From an uncultured Candidatus Saccharibacteria bacterium (GTDB lineage Bacteria > Patescibacteriota > Minisyncoccia > Phycocordibacterales > Zambryskibacteraceae): DNA of 64,000 nt. Positions 19,275 to 27,992 of the stretch are shown piece after piece. The stretch spans positions 202,831 to 266,830 of the forward strand of contig CAZXQA010000001.1 in the NCBI GenBank assembly GCA_964642835.1, given 5' to 3'. The notes beneath the pieces were generated by a model, which was not told the DNA's origin, did no database searches, and saw nothing but the letters and a program-made list of their open reading frames with translations. Each line of letters begins with the position of its first letter. The first letter of the stretch is position 1. A program made the position numbers and the translations under genes.

Positions 19275-19754
19275 CCCGTAATTGCTCTCCTCGTTATCGC
19301 CGCCGGTCTTTTCTACTATGTGAGAGCTCCTTATAGTTACCCATGGATTGTGGGCCCTATTAATGATCTCTATAAAGATTCTTACGCGCAGGAAGGTGAG
19401 AGCGGGCAGAGGTGGGTGTCTCTCGACAAGAAATCGGGCTTCGATATCGTGAGCGTTGCTCAGGGAGATTTAAATAACGATGGGGTGGAAGACGCTTTCG
19501 TCTGGGCGACGTGGTGTGGCGCCTCGTGCGGTAGCCAGTTTGTCGTCATATTGGGAAACTCAACGGGGAAGCCTAGAGCTTTCCAACTGCCTGCGTCCTT
19601 GCCTCCTGAAGGGATTCTCACTTCTAGCGCAAACCAGGACCATGTCAAAAGCATGAACATTGAGAATGGCATACTCAGTATTAATCTTGAAAACCGAGCT
19701 GAAACGCTCCGATATAGATTGTCAGGGAAATTTTTAATTCGAGTGAAGGACTAA
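19257..19754 (+). CDS. Membrane-anchored surface protein
   Basis: MKK plus hydrophobic anchor; GDLNNDGVEDA, CGASCG. Confidence 0.75.
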   Translation: MKKIILPVIALLVIAAGLFYYVRAPYSYPWIVGPINDLYKDSYAQEGESGQRWVSLDKKSGFDIVSVAQGDLNNDGVEDAFVWATWCGASCGSQFVVILGNSTGKPRAFQLPASLPPEGILTSSANQDHVKSMNIENGILSINLENRAETLRYRLSGKFLIRVKD

Positions 19755-19770
19755 TGTTATAGTTGAGCTT

Positions 19771-20148
19771 ATGAAAAAACTTATTCTTATAGCTATCGCT
19801 GTTCTCGTTCTTATTGTTGCTGGGGTATTTATGTACGGTATTCGTGAAAATACTGAGGCACTCTTAACTCAAGAACAAGCACAAAATCTCGTGCATACAA
19901 CGTGGGGCGATTGTTCTCAAGGAAATTGTGCTGATGTTGAGGTGAGTGTTACTCAACAGGAGACAGGACAGTATGTAGTTACGGCGATCTTTACTGAGTT
20001 GGATGATTCTACCTCACACACAAAAAAGGTTTCGAGGGCTTCTTTCCAAAACGGTACCTGGATGCTTAGTGAGCCTATCGTTACTCGAGCTTGCCATCGC
20101 GGGCACGTAGACGGAAGTAAAGGCTTCACCTCCGCATTCTGTATATAA
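19771..20148 (+). CDS. Membrane-anchored surface protein
   Basis: MKK plus anchor; LDDS..W....C.RG...F...C pattern. Confidence 0.75.
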   Translation: MKKLILIAIAVLVLIVAGVFMYGIRENTEALLTQEQAQNLVHTTWGDCSQGNCADVEVSVTQQETGQYVVTAIFTELDDSTSHTKKVSRASFQNGTWMLSEPIVTRACHRGHVDGSKGFTSAFCI

Positions 20149-20159
20149 CTATATTCAAA

Positions 20160-20191
20160 TAACTTCACACGTTAAAACTTATGAAAAAATA
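20160..20191 (+). repeat. 32-nt perfect direct repeat (second copy at 20672-20703)
   Basis: TAACTTCACACGTTAAAACTTATGAAAAAATA at both positions. Confidence 0.9.
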
Positions 20192-20687
20192 CGCGTTGGT
20201 AGGAATTACTCTTCTCGCTCTCGGTGGGTTGGGGTATTTTATATTGGGGTGGTCTACATATGAGAATAAAGAGTATGGCTTCCGATTCGAATACCCATCC
20301 CGCCTCCACGTTTTAACGAATGGTTCTCAAAATGATGGTTTGATTCAAATAAGCGACAAGAGCGACTTTGAAAAAAATGAAGACGCCTTCCTCATGAAGG
20401 TATACGTCGAAGCAAATTCGTCTACAAATAATCTGAGATCAACTACAGGAGAAAAGAGGTTAGAAATCGCTGCTTTAAAGACGAGGTTGAATGTCCCCGT
20501 TACCGCCGATTTTTCCGGTGATCCTCCGTACGGAATCTATAGTGTTTCTATCCCTCTTGAGGCGCAACATAAGCTGGTGAGGATTACTATCACGATTCCT
20601 CAAAGTGATCTTCCCGAATACGGCGGAGAAAATAGGGATCTAAAACTTGCGAAGGAGATTCTTACAACCTTTAACTTCACACGTTAA
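20181..20687 (+). CDS. PsbP-like surface protein (CPR family)
   Basis: WSTYENKEYGFRFEYP ... EILTTFNF. Confidence 0.75.
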   Translation: MKKYALVGITLLALGGLGYFILGWSTYENKEYGFRFEYPSRLHVLTNGSQNDGLIQISDKSDFEKNEDAFLMKVYVEANSSTNNLRSTTGEKRLEIAALKTRLNVPVTADFSGDPPYGIYSVSIPLEAQHKLVRITITIPQSDLPEYGGENRDLKLAKEILTTFNFTR

Positions 20688-20692
20688 AACTT

Positions 20693-21136
20693 ATGAAAAA
20701 ATATCTCAAAATAGCAGTTTCGGTCGTCACCGTAGCCGCTCTTGGATACGTGACTTTGAACTTCCTCGCTTCAAAAGGAATTATCACCACGGATGCTGTG
20801 CCGGGTGCTCGGACTATTTACAATGGCGAAGTACAGGTTAAGCCGGTGTCTCTTGCTGAGATTGAGGCCAAACTTAAAGCGCAAAACAAGATCTATGACG
20901 TTAGACCCGGGTACATCTCAATTTGTGCCGGAGGCCTTCCTGTAATGGGCGGATGCGAACTTGGACTCACGAGAGACAATATTCTTAGCGCTTATGCAGA
21001 CATCCCTGGAGCACCCAATGAAAGGAAGTTCAAAGCAGAAGTGAGGAAAAAACTGAAAGAAATCGGTGATGTCCTCTCGATCGAAGAAGACACGTGGGTT
21101 ATTACCACAACCTATCCGGTATCATACGTGTATTAG
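20693..21136 (+). CDS. Membrane-anchored surface protein
   Basis: MKK plus hydrophobic anchor, low GC. Confidence 0.7.
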   Translation: MKKYLKIAVSVVTVAALGYVTLNFLASKGIITTDAVPGARTIYNGEVQVKPVSLAEIEAKLKAQNKIYDVRPGYISICAGGLPVMGGCELGLTRDNILSAYADIPGAPNERKFKAEVRKKLKEIGDVLSIEEDTWVITTTYPVSYVY

Positions 21137-21137
21137 C

Positions 21138-22070
21138 ATGAAAACGTTTCTTAGCATCACCGTCGCCGTTGTTTTGGTCGGCGGAGGATATGGGGTGATG
21201 CGAGGAAGATCAACGCAGGTTGAGAATGTGGAGCCGGCCACTCCTATCGAGAGAAGTGCCAAAATTCTTTTCCTCGGTGACATGATGTTTGACCGAGGGA
21301 TTCGCCAAGTGGCTCTCAAGAAGGGTGGGGATTTCCTCTTTGCGTGCGTTGACCCATGGCTAGAAGAGGCTGATCTTGTCGTCGGCAACCTGGAGGGGCC
21401 TATCACCGAGGAGGCTTCGGTAAGCGCGGGGAGTGAGGTCGGCAGTCCGCGGAATTATCAATTCACTTTTCCCACTTCAACCGCGCCTCTTCTCGCGAAG
21501 CATGGTGTCGGCCTCGTCAATCTCGGCAACAACCACATCGAGAACTTCGGCCTCAGTGGCATCGCGAGCACGAAGTGGTTCTTGGAAGAGGCTCGCGTCG
21601 CGTACTTCGGCGGACTTGCAGGCGATGCGCCTATCTATCGCGCGGAAGTAGGTGGTCTCAAACTCTCCTTCGTAAGTTACAACCAGTTCGGCGGCGAGTC
21701 GGTCGAGAAAGTGGCTCAGACGATTGCTCAAGAGCACGAGACAGGGCGACAAGTAATCGTCTACACCCACTGGGGTGAGGAATATGTGCCCGCTACTGAG
21801 CAAGTGAAGAGGATGGCCGCCCGCTTTGCTGCGAGCGGGGCGAATCTTATCATTGGCTCCCATCCACATGTCGTCCAAGAGCACGAATGGATAGGGAAGA
21901 CGCTTGTGTATTACTCCCTGGGGAACTTTATCTTCGACCAATACTTCGACACTGAGGTCACCCACGGTCTCACACTCATGGTTCACCTCTTCTCGGATCA
22001 TGTGAATGTTGAAGAGAAGCCAGTCACCATCACTCCTGATGGTCGAACGTGCGCATCCATTTCAGGCTAA
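21138..22070 (+). CDS. CapA family metallophosphatase-like protein
   Basis: GDMMFDR, NLEGP, LGNNH, HWGEEY, GSHPHV, YSLGNFIFDQ. Confidence 0.92.
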   Translation: MKTFLSITVAVVLVGGGYGVMRGRSTQVENVEPATPIERSAKILFLGDMMFDRGIRQVALKKGGDFLFACVDPWLEEADLVVGNLEGPITEEASVSAGSEVGSPRNYQFTFPTSTAPLLAKHGVGLVNLGNNHIENFGLSGIASTKWFLEEARVAYFGGLAGDAPIYRAEVGGLKLSFVSYNQFGGESVEKVAQTIAQEHETGRQVIVYTHWGEEYVPATEQVKRMAARFAASGANLIIGSHPHVVQEHEWIGKTLVYYSLGNFIFDQYFDTEVTHGLTLMVHLFSDHVNVEEKPVTITPDGRTCASISG

Positions 22071-22137
22071 ACTTTTGACGAATCGTTTATTTCGTGATAT
22101 TGTCTGAAAAGGCGTTAGTTTTCTGAGGAGCGTGGAA

Positions 22138-22497
22138 ATGGTCAGAATCAAAGAGGATCAGCCAGGATGGTCGTTTTCAAAGATCATCTCGATCGTCATC
22201 GTTACTGGTGTGCTGCTGGGAGCTGGGGTGTTCTTCTTCAAGAAGGGCGACTTTCGAGGTCCGATTGCGAGGGACCTGATGTCCGCAACGGATATCTCAC
22301 TCAAGAAGGAAGTGGCGCCACCACCTCTGTCCCCGGCAGACAAGGTCAAGGCGTGGGAGAAGGCTGCGGCCTCTCTCTACACGGCGCCTGTATTGCGCCA
22401 GCTCACTCGTGCCGAGCGTGCGAAGATCGACCCGAAGGCGCCGAAGCCCGAGGACCTGCCCGTGCTCCTGCGGGCGTACGTTCGCTCCCATCGATAG
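22138..22497 (+). CDS. Orphan single-TM protein, SD-led
   Basis: TTGACG-17-TATTGT (22075-22103), GAGGAG 22125, terminator 22520-22560. Confidence 0.65.
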   Translation: MVRIKEDQPGWSFSKIISIVIVTGVLLGAGVFFFKKGDFRGPIARDLMSATDISLKKEVAPPPLSPADKVKAWEKAAASLYTAPVLRQLTRAERAKIDPKAPKPEDLPVLLRAYVRSHR

Positions 22498-22607
22498 TCC
22501 CCGCTATCGATGTCGGCGGGCCGCTTAAGTTCTCACGAACTTAAGCGGCTTTTCTTTTATTCTTGGTCGTGCACCCCCCTCTATTTAAAGGCATGTATAC
22601 TGGAAAT

Positions 22608-23516
22608 ATGAAAGAATCACTCAAAATTCTAAGCGCTATAGTATTGCTCGGTTTGATTGGGTGGGGAATGAGTAAGTTTACCGTTATCAAAAAGGAAGAG
22701 GCTTCACCTATTGTTTACACAGACGGGCATGAAGAAGAAACCACCCCCACTCTTTACGGAGATGGGTATGTAGAGCACCGTGTTGAGTCCATTAATATAA
22801 GTCAATCTCCGGCTCGTAATCTCCTAAATCCTAAATGCCTTGAGAGAAATACGCTGGATTATCGTCTCGTTACAGACGACGGAGAGGTAGTCTTACCTAG
22901 CTTTATCGCCGTATTCGCCAAGCAAGAAGGGCTTCCTGAATGTATTTTTGACAATCTCCATCTCCTCTCTTCATTTTCCCGGGAGCGCATATTCTATGTC
23001 GGCATTGGAGAGAACTATGCCGCCTGGCACGCAGGTGATGAGCTCGGCGTGTATAGACTGGACCTTCGTAATGACACCCTCACTCATTTGCCTGTAATTT
23101 CAGGTTATTTAGATGGTTCAAGCGAGTACACAAAGATCTTCCATGACGATAGAACGGGAATCGCGTTTAAAAATAGAGGAATCTACGTTTTAGATATAAC
23201 AAAGGATACAGCTTCTCTCGTCTACACTCTTCCTGAAGGAGAGAGCTTTATCCAACTTCTCTCGGCAGGCGAAGAAGGTGGTTACCAACCTTCGTATGGC
23301 TCTATTGAGCTCTTTGGTGATGGCAATGTGCTATTTATCCCTGTGTATAGCCCTACATTAACTGAGAGTGGGGCACGCGTCTCCTATGATTCGAACGAAA
23401 ATTATGACGTATACACCAGACGCCAGACCGTCAAAGTAGATTCGCCGGATTGGTACTTTGGAAAGTACATATTATTCAAACAGCTTCGCACACTCGAACT
23501 TCCCATCCCGAGATAA
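22608..23516 (+). CDS. Membrane-anchored hypothetical surface protein
   Basis: TATACT 6 nt before ATG; N-terminal anchor; beta-rich body. Confidence 0.7.
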   Translation: MKESLKILSAIVLLGLIGWGMSKFTVIKKEEASPIVYTDGHEEETTPTLYGDGYVEHRVESINISQSPARNLLNPKCLERNTLDYRLVTDDGEVVLPSFIAVFAKQEGLPECIFDNLHLLSSFSRERIFYVGIGENYAAWHAGDELGVYRLDLRNDTLTHLPVISGYLDGSSEYTKIFHDDRTGIAFKNRGIYVLDITKDTASLVYTLPEGESFIQLLSAGEEGGYQPSYGSIELFGDGNVLFIPVYSPTLTESGARVSYDSNENYDVYTRRQTVKVDSPDWYFGKYILFKQLRTLELPIPR

Positions 23517-23571
23517 TAAGCGCGCCGAGGTTTATTTCTGAATTAACATTTTTTAGGTACAATAGGCGGTA

Positions 23572-25032
23572 ATGTCAAAAATCAATTCAATCTGGAAGTT
23601 CCTTAAGAAAAAGAAGTACTGGATTATCGGAATTCTGGGCGCGTTGCTCGTAGGATGGTTTATGTTTGGTGGTAGCGAGGCTCCTCTGGAAACCGTCTCT
23701 CCCGTTCAAGCTGATCTCGTTCGCACTGTTCGCATTTCTGGCAAGGTGACTCCTCGTGAGAAGGTTGATCTCGGCTTCGAAGTCTCAGGTACGGTCGCTG
23801 GCGTAAATAGAGACGTAGGAGAGCGGGTAAGTCGTGGTCAAGTTCTTGTGAGCTTGGGTGCCGGCACAACGGCGGCCGAGATCCAGCGCTCCGAAGCAGA
23901 GCTCGCCTCGGCTCAAGCGGAACTCAACAAGCTCGACGGCTCGCAGATCTACCAGAGCAACGTGACGGGCGACAAGCGCTCAGTCGTCCAGGCCATTCGC
24001 GACGCTTACACGGCCGCGAGTGATGCCGTGCACAACAAAGCGGACCAAGTCTTCATCGACGCCAATACCGACCACCCTGAGATTATTGGTTACTTCAAGA
24101 ACTTCGATGATCTCCACAGCAAAGTGAACACAGGTCGCGTCGAGGCGGGCACCGTTCTCGACCAGTGGGGGAATCTTGTCGCTTCGCTCGGCGCCTCAAC
24201 CTACACCGATGCCCAACTCGAGATCTCGAAGACCTATCTTTCTAAAATTAGCGACTTCATCGCAAATCTCACCCGTGCCGTGAATGCCTTTGAAGTCACG
24301 AGTTATTCGACCCAAGCGCAGATTGACGATTACAAGAGCGCCATCCTCTCGGCTCGCGAGAGTATTAATACCGCGAACCAAGGCTTCATTAACGCTGAGA
24401 ATGGTCTCGCCGAGACTCTCTCGAGTGTGCCCATCCAAGTCTCTCGCGTCGAAGCGGCGCAAGCCTCACTTCTCAATTTGCGCTACCAGCTTGCCAAGAG
24501 CGCTCTTATCTCACCGATTTCTGGCATTATCTCTCGCCAGGACGCGAAGGTGGGACAAGGAATTACCGCCGGCACCTCGATCGTTTCCGTCATTAGTCCT
24601 GACTATATTATCGAAACCTACGTGCCTGAAGTTTCGATCCCAGGCATGAATGTGGGCAACATCGCCACTGTTACCTTCGACGCGTACGGTCCTGACGTGA
24701 CCTTCCCGGCCAAGGTAGACCACATCGATCCGGCCGAAACAGTTCGTGATGGCGTTTCCACGTATAAAGTGAAGCTCTCCTTCACTACCACAGACGAGCG
24801 CATTCGCTCCGGCCTCACCTCAAACGTCTCGATTGAGATTATGAGAAAGACTGACACCACTCTTATCCCGACCCGCGCCATTACCAAAGAAGACGCGGAG
24901 AGCTTCGTTTACGTTCTCGTTGGAGAAAAGAAGATGAAGAAGACCGTTGTGGTGGGCGAGAAGGATTCCCAAGGCAATATCGAACTTCTTTCTGGCCTCT
25001 CGCTCGAGGATAAGATCATCGTTAATCCATAA
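23572..25032 (+). CDS. Efflux periplasmic adaptor (MacA/HlyD-like)
   Basis: Lipoyl-like halves flanking a long coiled coil; SPISG, V.VGQ. Confidence 0.88.
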   Translation: MSKINSIWKFLKKKKYWIIGILGALLVGWFMFGGSEAPLETVSPVQADLVRTVRISGKVTPREKVDLGFEVSGTVAGVNRDVGERVSRGQVLVSLGAGTTAAEIQRSEAELASAQAELNKLDGSQIYQSNVTGDKRSVVQAIRDAYTAASDAVHNKADQVFIDANTDHPEIIGYFKNFDDLHSKVNTGRVEAGTVLDQWGNLVASLGASTYTDAQLEISKTYLSKISDFIANLTRAVNAFEVTSYSTQAQIDDYKSAILSARESINTANQGFINAENGLAETLSSVPIQVSRVEAAQASLLNLRYQLAKSALISPISGIISRQDAKVGQGITAGTSIVSVISPDYIIETYVPEVSIPGMNVGNIATVTFDAYGPDVTFPAKVDHIDPAETVRDGVSTYKVKLSFTTTDERIRSGLTSNVSIEIMRKTDTTLIPTRAITKEDAESFVYVLVGEKKMKKTVVVGEKDSQGNIELLSGLSLEDKIIVNP

Positions 25033-25033
25033 C

Positions 25034-26278
25034 ATGCCGCAGTTTATCCGCCTCGGATACTTCCTCGCCTGGCGTCAGGTACGCCGGGCCAACAAGTGGA
25101 CCACCGCGCTCATCATCTTTGTGATGACGCTCACCTTTTTGAACCTCGTTGTCGTTTCCGGCATCCTGGTTGGCCTTATCGAAGGAGCAGTAGAAGCCAA
25201 CAAGGAGTTCTACACGTCGGATATCATTATCTCAAGACTTAACAAGAAGGATTACATCGAGCAGACACCGACGGTCATGAACATTATCCAATCGATGCCA
25301 GAAGTAGCCGCCATTTCTCCGCGCTATCTCGGTTCTGGTCGCATCGAAGCGAACTACAAAACGGCCGCGAAGGAGGAAGAGATTGATTCGGCTGGCGCGT
25401 CCTTCGCTGGTATCGACCCCGTCGCGGAAAATAATCTCACTGGCGTTTCTCAGTTCGTGATCGCGGGCAGCTATCTCGAGCCAGGTGACTATGACCAAAT
25501 CTTAATTGGCGCCTATCTTCTCAAGGAATACTTCCCAGTCGAGTCATCGGCCATTCAAACATTGGCCAATGTCCATGTGGGCGACAAGGTGCGCGTCACT
25601 ATCGGAGACATTCAGCGCGAAATGACCGTCAAGGGCATTATTCAGTCCAAGGTCGACGAGATCTCATACCGCGCTTACTTTGTGGACACGCAGTTCCGTG
25701 ACCTTATCGGACGCAACGACTACAACGTGGGCGAGATCTCCGTGCGCTTGAAGCCGGGGAGTGATCCGATAGTTGTGAAGGAAGCTCTTCTTCGCTCCGG
25801 CGTCGGTGCCTATGCCAAAGTCCAGACTTTCGAAGATGCCCAGCCTAAATTTCTTATCGACATCAAGAACACCTTCGCTCTCTTGGGCAACATGATTAGT
25901 TCGATCGGCCTTGTCGTTGCCTCGATCACTATCTTCATCGTCATTTTCATCAATGCCATTACGCGTCGGAAATTCATCGGCATCTTGAAGGGAGTTGGCG
26001 TTTCTGGACGCACTATTGAAGCTTCCTATGTGTTCCAATCCTTCTTTTACGCCGCTATGGGTTCAGGGATCGGCCTCCTTCTTCTCTATGGTTTCTTGAA
26101 ACCTTTTATCACGGCACATCCGATTAATTTCCCATTCTCCGACGGCATCCTTGTCGCGCCGGTGAGTGGTACGATGCTCAAAGTTTCAATCCTTGTTCTT
26201 ACCACGGTTATCGCGGGCTATATCCCAGCGCGCATGATCGTCCGCAAGAACACGCTCGATTCCATTCTTGGCCGCTAA
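25034..26278 (+). CDS. ABC transporter permease (FtsX/MacB/LolE-like)
   Basis: TM1, large extracytoplasmic domain, IGILKGVG, YIPAR. Confidence 0.88.
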   Translation: MPQFIRLGYFLAWRQVRRANKWTTALIIFVMTLTFLNLVVVSGILVGLIEGAVEANKEFYTSDIIISRLNKKDYIEQTPTVMNIIQSMPEVAAISPRYLGSGRIEANYKTAAKEEEIDSAGASFAGIDPVAENNLTGVSQFVIAGSYLEPGDYDQILIGAYLLKEYFPVESSAIQTLANVHVGDKVRVTIGDIQREMTVKGIIQSKVDEISYRAYFVDTQFRDLIGRNDYNVGEISVRLKPGSDPIVVKEALLRSGVGAYAKVQTFEDAQPKFLIDIKNTFALLGNMISSIGLVVASITIFIVIFINAITRRKFIGILKGVGVSGRTIEASYVFQSFFYAAMGSGIGLLLLYGFLKPFITAHPINFPFSDGILVAPVSGTMLKVSILVLTTVIAGYIPARMIVRKNTLDSILGR

Positions 26279-26287
26279 TCAACTTTT

Positions 26288-26968
26288 ATGACCACTCTTA
26301 TTACTGTCGCCAATCTTAAGAAATCCTTCAAAGACGGAGAGAAGGAGACACACGTTCTCAAGGGGATCGACTTTATGGCCGAAGAAGGGGAGTGGATCTC
26401 GATCATGGGACGCTCTGGCGCGGGAAAATCAACTTTCATGTATCAAATATCCCTTCTCGATGATCCAACTTCCGGAGAGATCACTGTCTTTGACAAAAAT
26501 ACTCACACCATGCACCCTGACGAGAAAACAGCTTTCCGCTTGAACGAACTTGGTTACGTGTTCCAGGATTACGCGCTTCTACCAGATCTCACCGCTACCG
26601 AGAATGTGGCTGTGCCGCTCATGATGCAGGGCAAAAGTAAGGAGGAGGCCTACAAACAAGCTCGCACCTCGCTCGAGCGCGTGGGTCTCGGTCATCGTCT
26701 CGACAACCTTCCTTCGCAAATGTCTGGCGGGGAGCAACAGCGCACCTCCATTGCTCGCGCTCTGGCTCATAAGCCGCGTATTCTCTTTGCCGATGAACCC
26801 ACCGCGAACCTCGATAACGAATCTTCGAAGACGGTTATGGAGCTTTTCAAACAAGTGCATAAGGATGGTCAAACGATCATCATGGTGACTCACGAAGAAG
26901 AGTATAGTAAATTCGCCGATCGTATCGTGCGGCTTGATGATGGGAAAATTGTCTCAGGTCACCACTAG
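26288..26968 (+). CDS. ABC transporter ATP-binding protein (LolD/MacB-like)
   Basis: GRSGAGKST, MSGGEQQR, FADEPTANLD. Confidence 0.92.
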   Translation: MTTLITVANLKKSFKDGEKETHVLKGIDFMAEEGEWISIMGRSGAGKSTFMYQISLLDDPTSGEITVFDKNTHTMHPDEKTAFRLNELGYVFQDYALLPDLTATENVAVPLMMQGKSKEEAYKQARTSLERVGLGHRLDNLPSQMSGGEQQRTSIARALAHKPRILFADEPTANLDNESSKTVMELFKQVHKDGQTIIMVTHEEEYSKFADRIVRLDDGKIVSGHH

Positions 26969-26975
26969 CTTTACA

Positions 26976-26984
26976 TGTGGATAA
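26976..26984 (-). promoter_or_regulatory. Perfect DnaA box
   Basis: TGTGGATAA (= TTATCCACA on minus strand) next to the RRM gene promoter. Confidence 0.5.
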
Positions 26985-27094
26985 CTCCTGTGGTATAGTA
27001 GGAGCAATGTAAGTTTCTCGTAGGTTACGCCTTCGAAGAACCGCCCAGCGCTTACAGGAATTACTATAGGCTGGGCAAATTAGATTCAAAGTAA

Positions 27095-27373
27095 ATGTCA
27101 ACCAAGTTGTACGTCGGTGGTATTCCTTACACCTCGACTGAAGCAGGTCTCGGAGAAGCTTTCTCCAAGGCAGGCAATGTCGTCTCGTCCGCTATCATTA
27201 TTGATCGCATGACGGGCCGCTCCAAGGGTTTCGGTTTCGTAGAAATGTCGACCGCTGAGGAAGCTCAGAAGGCTATCGACATGTTCAACGGCCAGGACTT
27301 CGAGGGTCGCAAGCTCACCGTAAACGTTGCTCGCCCGCTCGAGCCTCGTAACAACGACCGCCGCGGTATGTAA
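27095..27373 (+). CDS. RRM RNA-binding protein
   Basis: KLYVGG (RNP2), KGFGFVEM (RNP1). Confidence 0.95.
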   Translation: MSTKLYVGGIPYTSTEAGLGEAFSKAGNVVSSAIIIDRMTGRSKGFGFVEMSTAEEAQKAIDMFNGQDFEGRKLTVNVARPLEPRNNDRRGM

Positions 27374-27440
27374 TCTTTGCCGCAAGGCACCGGTTCGCAA
27401 AAGCTCCCTTCGGGGAGCTTTTGCTTTATACTGGTTCCAT

Positions 27441-27929
27441 ATGAAGACCCTGCGCGCGATTACTCTCTCTGCTATCGGCCTCCTACTTGTTGGATGGTCT
27501 TTCTATGTCGTTTTACACCAGAGCGCGCCGGCAAAATATGCCTCTGGTGACGAACCTCTCCCTCTGACCACTTCTCATACCCTGCGCGTTGGAGAATACG
27601 TCCTACCCATTGAGATCGCAGAGACCCCCGAGGAACGGAGTCGAGGATTCTCTGGTCGCGAGAAGCCTTTGAGCGGACAGGGGCTCCTCTTCGTCTTTGA
27701 AAAGTCTGGTCAGTACGGCTTCTGGATGAAGGGTATGCGCTTTGCGATTGATATCGTCTGGATCGACGCGGACTGGCGGGTTGTCGAGGTGACGCGAGAT
27801 GTCCGACCGGAGAGTTACCCGCAAACTTTCACTTCTGCAGCTCCTGTCGCGTACGTTTTGGAGCTTCCGACAGGGGATGCGAATCTTTTCAATATTGACG
27901 TGGGTACCAAACTGTATCTGGATCGCTAA
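27441..27929 (+). CDS. DUF192 domain protein
   Basis: GLLFVF, FWMKGMRFAIDIVWI, YVLELP. Confidence 0.9.
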   Translation: MKTLRAITLSAIGLLLVGWSFYVVLHQSAPAKYASGDEPLPLTTSHTLRVGEYVLPIEIAETPEERSRGFSGREKPLSGQGLLFVFEKSGQYGFWMKGMRFAIDIVWIDADWRVVEVTRDVRPESYPQTFTSAAPVAYVLELPTGDANLFNIDVGTKLYLDR

Positions 27930-27992
27930 ATAGGGGGTTATCCACTACTGGTAGGGGTGAAATTTTTGTAAAATTTACGGAACCATTTAGAC

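Noticed and set aside
19244-20703. CRISPR array or integron
   Set aside because: Only two copies of each repeat, separated by whole genes; no cas, intI or attC palindromes
26976-27946. Replication origin
   Set aside because: Only isolated DnaA boxes near promoters; no box cluster or unwinding element
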